Below are positions 23,692-30,492 of a stretch of 37,028 bases of DNA, one piece after another. The translations under genes and the position numbers were made by a program. Source of the DNA: a virus; the IMG/VR virus record IMGVR_UViG_3300029114_000023, positions 1-37,028 of that record; one strand, 5' to 3'. Numbering within the stretch: position 1 is the stretch's first letter; each line of letters begins with the position of its first letter. The notes under the pieces were generated by a model, which was given only the letters and a program-made list of their open reading frames with translations, searched no databases and was not told the DNA's origin.

Positions 23692-25012
23692 CTTCCACCT
23701 CTTCAATCAGGTATTTCATATCACGCTCGATCGTGTATTCAAACGCATCCAAACTGTCGATATCTGTGCTGCCATCATCCAGGCGATCATCCTTATCTTT
23801 CACATCCTTATTCCAAACTGCATCCGAAAATGCCGTCTTCAAGCTTTCGCAGTCTTTTGTAATAAAAAACCGCCCTGCTCCCATGAGCTTGACGGTACAT
23901 CTGATTCTGTCATTTATCGTTGCTTTTTTTGCCTTACGAACCGATATCCAAGGATACTGTTTCTCCACTGCGTTCCGAATAGAATTTCCAAGAACCGTCT
24001 CCGCATTATCATAATAAACGGTTTCCACATTGCAATATTCCACATAATCTCCGTGTCGGATAACAACCCCATATTCTTCAATCACTTCTCCAACAAAGTC
24101 GCAAAACATCTTGTCCAGCATATTGCTGTCTATATCCTCATTTTCATCCTTTGCCATGATTCTACGGGATTTTAGTGCAATTACATCTCTGTAATTGTCT
24201 GTATATCCTCTGGCAACAAAAGAATGACCGGACTGATTTCCACCGAAGTCTAAACCAATCTCTATTGATGTGATATCTTCCTTCCTGAACTGCTTCACTT
24301 CTGCATCCGGATTCAGCTCTTCCACAACTTCACATCGGTATGCATCCGGATTATCCGCAAAACGCTTATAGATTGCCCCCTCTGCACGTTTCCACATTCC
24401 TAGTATAAGCCGATCATAATAGATTGTACCCTCGTATTCTTTGCAGAGCTGCTGCACAAATTCTTCTGGCAAGAAAGGATTGTCAAAAATGGTGTATCTC
24501 TGCAAATAAATATCCAGCTCTATGTTATCCAGAAACTCTTTTAGCCAGTGTGTAGGATGCTCCGGGTTACATGATCCATCAAAACAGGAATATGGTTTAT
24601 CAAGACGAGATTTCAACATTTGGAACACTTCCTTGTTCCACTTTGCCACCTCGTCTCCGTAGCAGTACTTAATGGATGCCCCTTGAATCTTTGCCACCTG
24701 ACTAATTTTCTCTGCTCCTAGACAGTAAACATCCTCTCCACAGATCCGCGCTACATTCCGGTTGTTAATCGTTCCGATCAACTTGTCTGTGTAAATCTCT
24801 CGCATCGGCTGCAAAACATTTCGTTCGATAGACTCTTTCGATACGCCAAGAATCACATTTAATCCTGGCTTGCCTGCACGCTCTCTGATCCGGAAAGGAA
24901 TCACAAACGCAGTGTCGACATAAGACTTTCCGGATCGCACAGCTCCGGATTTAATATTCCAACGATGCGTCGCATTCACAATATACTCATTCTGTTTCTT
25001 GCTTAACTGCAT
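23684..25012 (-). CDS. terL: Terminase large subunit (PBSX/terminase_3-like, 442 aa)
   Basis: Walker A in WNIKSGAVRSGKSY. ATG 25012 lies 7 nt after GAGGTG. It overlaps the TerS 3' end. Confidence 0.9.
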   Translation of the reverse strand: MQLSKKQNEYIVNATHRWNIKSGAVRSGKSYVDTAFVIPFRIRERAGKPGLNVILGVSKESIERNVLQPMREIYTDKLIGTINNRNVARICGEDVYCLGAEKISQVAKIQGASIKYCYGDEVAKWNKEVFQMLKSRLDKPYSCFDGSCNPEHPTHWLKEFLDNIELDIYLQRYTIFDNPFLPEEFVQQLCKEYEGTIYYDRLILGMWKRAEGAIYKRFADNPDAYRCEVVEELNPDAEVKQFRKEDITSIEIGLDFGGNQSGHSFVARGYTDNYRDVIALKSRRIMAKDENEDIDSNMLDKMFCDFVGEVIEEYGVVIRHGDYVEYCNVETVYYDNAETVLGNSIRNAVEKQYPWISVRKAKKATINDRIRCTVKLMGAGRFFITKDCESLKTAFSDAVWNKDVKDKDDRLDDGSTDIDSLDAFEYTIERDMKYLIEEVEDV

Positions 25013-25454
25013 TATCACGCACCTCTTTTAGTATCTGATCCAGTTTATCAAGAGCCTCTTCCGTTTCATTTTCACCAGTAACCGCCTGCTTGCGTGCTTT
25101 CTTAAGCTCTGTATCTGCTTCACGGTTCAACCGGTTCTCGTCAGGTTCAGAAGACTGGCCAGAGTATTTTGCAACAAAGGTGGCTGCCTTCGTATCTCCA
25201 GCCAACGCCTCTTTAATCTGCGCCATCAAAAGAGCTGACTCTAAAGTACACTCAACACCAAGTGCCTCTAGAACCGGCTTCCATTCTTCACTATCTATTT
25301 CAGCAGTAAGCAGCATGTTCAGCGTCTTCCGGAAATCTGCTTTCCGACGCCTCGCTTCTCCGCTTGCTTTACCTCCTTTTGATGTAATAATCCGTAGTTC
25401 GTCCGTTGTTCGATGATCAAATCCTTTATCTTTTATGTTTTCATAATTCGCCAC
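24987..25454 (-). CDS. terS: Terminase small subunit candidate (155 aa)
   Basis: GTG start follows GAGGAAGGTGG. It contains a basic KGGKASGEARRRK segment. It lies directly upstream of TerL and overlaps it. Confidence 0.65.
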   Translation of the reverse strand: MANYENIKDKGFDHRTTDELRIITSKGGKASGEARRRKADFRKTLNMLLTAEIDSEEWKPVLEALGVECTLESALLMAQIKEALAGDTKAATFVAKYSGQSSEPDENRLNREADTELKKARKQAVTGENETEEALDKLDQILKEVRDNAVKQETE

Positions 25455-25493
25455 GTCACCACCTTCCTCTACTTAAAATTTTGCATTAGAAAA

Positions 25494-25509
25494 GCACCCT
25501 TTCGGATGC
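25494..25509 (-). terminator. Intrinsic terminator hairpin just upstream of terS
   Basis: The - strand reads GCATCC gaaa GGGTGC, followed by TTTTCT. Confidence 0.55.
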
Positions 25510-25510
25510 C

Positions 25511-25657
25511 TTATACCTGTCTGTTCTTCGGCTCCACCGCTTCAGACCGGACATTGTGTGTCTGGTTCTGATTCTCCGGTTTTACCTTTTCCGTTATGCT
25601 GTTGAACTTATTCAAGTTCTTCTGTCTGTTTTCCTGCTCCTGCTGCTTTTTGTTCAT
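25511..25657 (-). CDS. Small low-complexity K/Q/N/E-rich ORF (48 aa)
   Basis: ATG 25657 lies 6 nt after GAGGTG. Sequence MNKKQQEQENRQKNLNKFNSITEKVKPENQNQTHNVRSEAVEPKNRQV. It is below the ORF-track length cutoff. Confidence 0.4.
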   Translation of the reverse strand: MNKKQQEQENRQKNLNKFNSITEKVKPENQNQTHNVRSEAVEPKNRQV

Positions 25658-25710
25658 ACCATCACCTCGGGGATAGTATGTGCACAGGAAATGGAATTAT
25701 GTATGAGAAA

Positions 25711-25728
25711 AGCACCCCGAAGGGTGCT
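25711..25728 (-). terminator. Intrinsic terminator after hicB
   Basis: The - strand reads AGCACCC ttcg GGGTGCT, followed by TTTTCTC. Confidence 0.65.
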
Positions 25729-25753
25729 ATTCACAATTTATATAACTAGAGAA

Positions 25754-26164
25754 TTAGTTAGCACTTTTTGTTATTCCAAGAACGCTCATAATCGCATCCT
25801 GAAGCAATTTTGAATAGTTGATTCCAGCTTTTTCTGCTTCTACATTCATCCAGTATGGAATCGTACAATTTTTCTTTACCGCTTTGTTATCCACCTTTCT
25901 TCTGTATTCCACAAAATCAACATCAACTAATGTTACAATATCTTCTTTTGCCGCATTAATTCCTGCAATATTGGGTTCCGGAAGTACTTTTCCTTCATCC
26001 ATCAAGTCTATTCCCATGAGACCGATTGCATCCCTTGCCATTTCCATTGCGTCTGCAATATCCATTCCCTGTGTCGCAATATCAAAATCCGGGATCTCCA
26101 CATAGAAAAATCCATCATCTTCTTTCGATATTACAACAGGATATGCCCTTCTTCCTTCTTTCAT
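25754..26164 (-). CDS. hicB: HicB-family antitoxin (136 aa) with C-terminal RHH-like DNA-binding tail
   Basis: YPVVISKEDDGFFYVEIPDFDIATQGMDIADAMEMARDAIGL is a typical HicB N-domain. ATG 26164 follows GGAGGAGGAA. Confidence 0.8.
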   Translation of the reverse strand: MKEGRRAYPVVISKEDDGFFYVEIPDFDIATQGMDIADAMEMARDAIGLMGIDLMDEGKVLPEPNIAGINAAKEDIVTLVDVDFVEYRRKVDNKAVKKNCTIPYWMNVEAEKAGINYSKLLQDAIMSVLGITKSAN

Positions 26165-26226
26165 TGTGATTCCTCCTCCACACATATAAACGCGTTCTCA
26201 CTTAATAAAACTTCAAGAAAGTGGGA

Positions 26227-26400
26227 CTATTTCAGTCCCAACTTCTTAATAATGTTTCTTGCAAGTCTCTCGTTGATATCTGGATGTCTCGGAATGGGTT
26301 CGCTCCTATGACCATCCGTATATATGTCATGGTTTCCACCATTTCTCTTTATATACCACCCGTTATCTTCAAGCAACTTAACTAATTCTCTACGTTTCAT
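26227..26400 (-). CDS. hicA: HicA-family mRNA interferase toxin (57 aa)
   Basis: Translated by hand: MKRRELVKLLEDNGWYIKRNGGNHDIYTDGHRSEPIPRHPDINERLARNIIKKLGLK. This is the YcfA/HicA signature. It is below the ORF-track cutoff. Confidence 0.85.
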   Translation of the reverse strand: MKRRELVKLLEDNGWYIKRNGGNHDIYTDGHRSEPIPRHPDINERLARNIIKKLGLK

Positions 26401-26429
26401 TAAGCAAGCTCCTTTCTCTTTATACGTAT

Positions 26430-26458
26430 ATTATACGCATAAATATATCCATTGTCAA
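26430..26458 (-). promoter_or_regulatory. Consensus sigma-70 promoter of hicAB with ATGCGTAT operator-like repeats
   Basis: The - strand has TTGACA (26458-26453), 17 nt, TATAAT (26435-26430). ATGCGTAT recurs at 26433-26440, 26465-26472 and 26476-26483. A palindromic TATACGTATA lies at 26421-26430. Confidence 0.7.
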
Positions 26459-26494
26459 TAGTAAATACGCATTTTATACGCATTTCTTTAAATC

Positions 26495-26521
26495 AAAAAA
26501 CGCCCCGCAAATGCAGGACGT
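26495..26521 (-). terminator. Intrinsic terminator closing the sigma-like regulator transcript
   Basis: The - strand reads ACGTCCTGC attt GCGGGGCGT, followed by TTTTTT. Confidence 0.65.
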
Positions 26522-26612
26522 CTTTACTTGGTTTATGCAAGAGTAGGGGGAAGAGCCGCAGGCGCTTTGCCTTTTGGCTCTAGTATTATTATACATATGC
26601 TTTTTATGCGTG

Positions 26613-27023
26613 CTATGCGTTTTCTAAATAATCATCAATTCTTCTGCTCACACGGCTCTGATCTAAATGTACCGCTTTCGCAACCGCCTTCTGTTTTCTC
26701 CCCTCGACGAAGGACATCCTGAAGATCCGCCTTGTAATGCTATCAGTTATCGCTTCCACCCATTCCTCTATCTCCACACATTCCTGCTCCAGCTGCTCCT
26801 TCCGTCGCTGATCCCGGTCCTGAAGGCGATCATACTTCTCCTTGTCGAATCCTACCACACCCTGTGGCATGGGATATCCCTTGCTGTAATCAAAGATTAC
26901 GTCATTCCCTATCAACCCCTCATCTCTCCATCGGTTTTTGAGTATGTAATCCAGCTCCAGGATCTCATCCTTTTTACTCCGGTATCCCTGGAGTAGCTCC
27001 TTTGTTATCTCCACCCGCATCAC
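26613..27023 (-). CDS. Sigma-70 region-4-like late transcription regulator (ArpU/DUF1492-like), 136 aa
   Basis: C-terminal ITRRIFRMSFVEGRKQKAVAKAVHLDQSRVSRRIDDYLENA resembles a sigma region 4 HTH. It sits upstream of the packaging genes. The start is GTG 27023 or ATG 27020. Confidence 0.6.
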   Translation of the reverse strand: MMRVEITKELLQGYRSKKDEILELDYILKNRWRDEGLIGNDVIFDYSKGYPMPQGVVGFDKEKYDRLQDRDQRRKEQLEQECVEIEEWVEAITDSITRRIFRMSFVEGRKQKAVAKAVHLDQSRVSRRIDDYLENA

Positions 27024-27128
27024 CCCTTAATCCACATCGTCTCTGTAAATATTCCCACGCTGTCTCCCGCCGGATCTGCTGCCCCTGCGCCCGGATCAGC
27101 GCGGCAGCGCTAGGTTCGTTTGTATTGC

Positions 27129-27347
27129 TCAATGTATCAGCTCCTTTTTCGGTCTGCCACGTTTCCGCATCCCTTTTAATCCATACGCTTTCACTCCAGC
27201 TATAACCGTTGCTACTGATATGTCTAACAAATATGCTATTTCTACGTTCGACTTTCCTTCATTCACGTATTTTTTCAGTTTCTCTACGTCGTAACACTTT
27301 CTGTACATTCGTTTCCGTGATTCGTCTTTTCCCGCATCGCTTTCCAT
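27129..27347 (-). CDS. Small HTH protein (72 aa)
   Basis: RBS GGAGAGG. KSNVEIAYLLDISVATVIAGVKAYG reads as an HTH. The C-terminus is basic. Confidence 0.55.
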   Translation of the reverse strand: MESDAGKDESRKRMYRKCYDVEKLKKYVNEGKSNVEIAYLLDISVATVIAGVKAYGLKGMRKRGRPKKELIH

Positions 27348-27371
27348 TTTTACCTCTCCATTAAAATCAAC

Positions 27372-27527
27372 TTAATTCAACCGATCTAACGGACATTCGC
27401 CGCTCTCTCGTTGCACATCACACTCACCGTAGTCGTCTATCGTATTTCTGTACTCACAGTAGTTTTCGCAAACGTCCTCACAAACCTCTTCAATGATCGT
27501 TACTATGCTTTTTGTTTCATTTTTCAT
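27372..27527 (-). CDS. Small cysteine-rich acidic ORF (51 aa)
   Basis: Translated by hand: MKNETKSIVTIIEEVCEDVCENYCEYRNTIDDYGECDVQRESGECPLDRLN. RBS AGGAGAG lies 5 nt upstream. It fills the gap between two called genes. Confidence 0.45.
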   Translation of the reverse strand: MKNETKSIVTIIEEVCEDVCENYCEYRNTIDDYGECDVQRESGECPLDRLN

Positions 27528-27560
27528 CTCCACTCTCCTTTCGATCAACTCGTGAATGAC

Positions 27561-28952
27561 TTAAGCAAACCTAATCTGCCCACTCCCTTCTTCCTCTGTT
27601 CGGAAGTTCGGCAACCGTTCTCCAACCTTCAGATACGGGCAATTTGCTTCTACCAGTTTCTGTGCCATAATCGGCACAACACTGTTCCCAATCCGTGCCA
27701 CCTGTTTTGTAATCGGATATGATTTCCACCTGTAATCCCGGTCAATGATGTAATCCTTCGGAAAGCCCTGCATCAGTTTCAGTTCTTCCGGTTTTAGCAT
27801 CCTGAGGAAGATGTCATTCAGGATATACTTTTCCCCCTCAATATCCAACACTACATTCACCAGTCCGAAATGCCCCGGCGATGTTGTAATGGTGTGTAAC
27901 GGTTCATCGCATTCCTGTCCGATCCCGCTTTTATAGAACTTTGTAATAAATGCGGTTACGAGTCCGTACCGATTGCTGGTATCTATGGTCTTTATTGGCT
28001 CCGTCAGAAGTTGCCCACGGGACTCTCCTGCCTTTGTCTCTCCGTGGTATTGGATCAAAAATGCAGTTACAAGTCGGTTATGATCCACAGTTGTTATAGT
28101 ACTACACGGATTACTCAAGTCGCTCCCACAGCCTGCATAATTTCCGCCATATGCCTTGTCCAAATATGAAACAAACAGTTTTCCCCCATCCTTTACAATA
28201 TATGGTGCAGGATTTTCAATGATATATTTTCGAATTCCGTTTGCAATTCGCTTCATAGTCGCATCTGCCAGTGGCTTCGGTCTATCAAATATAGACCGTC
28301 CCAAATCAGACCAGTCTATGTAATCTCCGCATGCCTTCCAGTGTGGTTCTCTATCCTTGAAATGTGTCGGTGCCGGCCAGACAATCTCCCGACCATCCCG
28401 CCGGAATATTGCGTACCAACGTTTCCGTGTTGTAGGCGCTCCATAGTCTGCTGCCACAAGCTCCCGGCAGTCAAATACATATCCGAGAGACTTCATGGCT
28501 GTTATGAACTTCTGATAATCCTCTCCGCGGCGCTCCTTGATCGGATGTCCGTCTGCGTCAAGCGGGCCCCACTGTTGAATCTCTTCCACGTTTTCCATCA
28601 GGATTATATCCGGTAGGATAGCCTTCGTATGCTTATACACGGCCCACGGAAGGATCCTTAGACCTCTCTCACGGGGTTTCCCCCCTTTCGCCTTGCTATG
28701 GCTCGTACAGTCCGGCGATGCCCACATAAGAGCCACATGCCGACCTTTCACATATTTTTTCAGATCCACCCTAAAAATATCTTCTGTCAGATGTAATGTA
28801 TTCGGATGGTTCGTTTTATGCATCAGAATTGCATCCGGATCGTGATTGATTGCAATATCGACCGATCGCCCCAGCGCCATCTCAATTCCTACGCTTGCCC
28901 CACCTCCACCGGCAAAGCAGTCTATTATCAAATCTCTCTTCATCTCTCGCAA
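27561..28952 (-). CDS. DNA (cytosine-5)-methyltransferase, 460-463 aa, no adjacent restriction gene
   Basis: Motif I DCFAGGGGAS, motif IV SPDCTSHS (Pro-Cys), motif VI LMENVEEI and motif X GNSVVP. The start is TTG 28952 or ATG 28943. Confidence 0.9.
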   Translation of the reverse strand: MREMKRDLIIDCFAGGGGASVGIEMALGRSVDIAINHDPDAILMHKTNHPNTLHLTEDIFRVDLKKYVKGRHVALMWASPDCTSHSKAKGGKPRERGLRILPWAVYKHTKAILPDIILMENVEEIQQWGPLDADGHPIKERRGEDYQKFITAMKSLGYVFDCRELVAADYGAPTTRKRWYAIFRRDGREIVWPAPTHFKDREPHWKACGDYIDWSDLGRSIFDRPKPLADATMKRIANGIRKYIIENPAPYIVKDGGKLFVSYLDKAYGGNYAGCGSDLSNPCSTITTVDHNRLVTAFLIQYHGETKAGESRGQLLTEPIKTIDTSNRYGLVTAFITKFYKSGIGQECDEPLHTITTSPGHFGLVNVVLDIEGEKYILNDIFLRMLKPEELKLMQGFPKDYIIDRDYRWKSYPITKQVARIGNSVVPIMAQKLVEANCPYLKVGERLPNFRTEEEGSGQIRFA

Positions 28953-29002
28953 GAAGCCCGGTATACCATTGCCCCGGCCGGAGGCTGACTCCTTTCTTTT
29001 TT

Positions 29003-29596
29003 TTACTCAGATAAAAACCACCATATCTTTTGATTTTTACCGTATCCTGTCTGTGCTGTGTCTACACCGATATCTCTCTTTGCTTTATTGAGATCCGCTC
29101 TCTTGATCCCTGTAGCATCTGCCATCCTCAATACTTCCGCGCCATCGATCCGACCGCCTGCCAATGTCTCTTTCAAAAAACGAACTGCTTTGTCGTAATC
29201 GGTCATCTTTAGCACCTGTGCACATTCCTTAACATCTTCCTTTACTTTCTCAAGCTGAAGGGTATTTGCATGAACTTTACTCCAAATTTTCTCGATAAGC
29301 TCCCCGTACTCTATAATAGCCTGATGGATTTCTCGCATTTCTTTGTGCAGGTTTTCCAGTATCTTGATTTCTCCCTGTGATCCAGTTGCTTCCTCCTGCT
29401 TGATCAGACTCCCCTGTTCCAATCCGAGCAGCAGACACATAAGCCGTTCTACCTCCGCTGGCTGATCCGGATTCTTTTCCATCAAGCCGACGAAGTTCTT
29501 GTTCTTCGTCATGTCCCTAGATAAATCTGCTTTTGTCTTACCCTGTTTTTCCAACTCTAGGCAGAGACGATTATAATCAATCGTTACTTTCTCCAT
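29003..29596 (-). CDS. Hypothetical DNA-binding-like protein (197 aa)
   Basis: N-terminal HTH-like KTKADLSRDMTKNKNFVGLMEKN. C-terminal wHTH-like GAEVLRMADATGIKRADLNKAKRDIGV. Confidence 0.5.
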   Translation of the reverse strand: MEKVTIDYNRLCLELEKQGKTKADLSRDMTKNKNFVGLMEKNPDQPAEVERLMCLLLGLEQGSLIKQEEATGSQGEIKILENLHKEMREIHQAIIEYGELIEKIWSKVHANTLQLEKVKEDVKECAQVLKMTDYDKAVRFLKETLAGGRIDGAEVLRMADATGIKRADLNKAKRDIGVDTAQTGYGKNQKIWWFLSE

Positions 29597-29907
29597 TCTT
29601 TTGCTGTACCTCCATTCTCTCTCATGAGACGGTCTATAAGATTCACCGTAGCTGACACAATCTCTGTGGCGAACTGCGTCTTATCTGATCTCTCATATAT
29701 ATCCTGCGCCCGCTCGTGCACTTTGAAGCACTCAACGGGCGTCCCTGTCGCATCGCAGAACTCCCGAATTAGCTTCCAGGACTCTGCGATCGGAAAATAA
29801 ATCTTCCTAAGCTGATCAGCATGTTGTCCTTCTGGATCTGCGTCATTCGTGCCAACGCTGGGTTCATGCCTTTCTTCTTTATCACGCCTATTCCTCCCAG
29901 TATTCAA
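29584..29907 (-). CDS. Hypothetical protein (107 aa)
   Basis: The only in-frame start is TTG 29907, overlapping the upstream gene by 20 nt with no clear SD. Confidence 0.45.
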   Translation of the reverse strand: MNTGRNRRDKEERHEPSVGTNDADPEGQHADQLRKIYFPIAESWKLIREFCDATGTPVECFKVHERAQDIYERSDKTQFATEIVSATVNLIDRLMRENGGTAKEWRK

Positions 29908-30097
29908 TCACATATTCCATCTGCTGCGTCTTTCCGGATGCTTTTCCTGGAATCGGCTGTCTGTTCAGTTTTACCGCATACCCAGCCTTTAAAAGCAATG
30001 TTGCAACTTTAAGCCGGTCTTCTTCGCTCCACTGAACAGAGCCTTTCCGGATACTCCGGATTACATTTCTTTTAGTTTCTCTTGTCTCGTCCATCAT
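29888..30097 (-). CDS. Hypothetical protein (69 aa)
   Basis: ATG 30097 forms an ATGA overlap with the upstream small ORF and follows AGAAAGGGAAA. The track start 30112 lies inside that ORF. Confidence 0.5.
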   Translation of the reverse strand: MMDETRETKRNVIRSIRKGSVQWSEEDRLKVATLLLKAGYAVKLNRQPIPGKASGKTQQMEYVIEYWEE

Positions 30098-30254
30098 TTT
30101 CCCTTTCTGCATTTCATGCCTTTGTGGAAATACATCTCTGTCCGACGTTTTGTACGAACATATTCATAATCTCCGACAATCAGCTCACCGCACAGGTAGC
30201 AGATCTTTGCATCGTCTGCCTTTACCTGCTTTGCATCCTCTTTCTTTTTTTCAT
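30094..30254 (-). pseudogene. Small CxxC...HxxxxC zinc-ribbon-like ORF split by an A7 run (needs one extra A or a -1 slip)
   Basis: ATG 30254 is coupled to the upstream stop (TGATG) and stops after 10 codons. Directly after the A7 run (30251-30245) the -1 frame is open for about 50 codons: EDAKQVKADDAKICYLCGELIVGDYEYVRTKRRTEMYFHKGMKCRKGK. It ends in an ATGA overlap with the next gene. Confidence 0.4.
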
Positions 30255-30478
30255 CACGACCACTCCTTAATCTGCTCTACTGGTCCCGACCATGATGCTT
30301 TTTGGTACCAAATAAACTGCATGATCACTGGATCGTCTTGATATTTCTTTTCTAAATCAGAGGCGGCATCATTGATATATCGCACATACCCATCTTCAAG
30401 ATATTTTTTATACGCTACCCACATGGTGTTATACACATCTGTGATCTTCTCATGCAGGTCTTTCACTTTTTTATCCAT
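30254..30478 (-). CDS. Hypothetical protein (74 aa)
   Basis: ATG 30478 lies 7 nt after GGAGG. The longer track ORF to 30544 extends into the iteron region. Confidence 0.55.
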   Translation of the reverse strand: MDKKVKDLHEKITDVYNTMWVAYKKYLEDGYVRYINDAASDLEKKYQDDPVIMQFIWYQKASWSGPVEQIKEWS

Positions 30479-30492
30479 AAATACCTCCAAAA

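Noticed and set aside
25556-25813. 85-aa + strand ORF between terS and hicB, and 64-aa + strand ORF 26528..26722
   Set aside because: Both are antisense to better-supported - strand elements (a small ORF with SD, terminators, and the 3' UTR of the regulator). They lack SD sequences and encode hydrophobic low-complexity strings typical of AT/CT-rich non-coding DNA.
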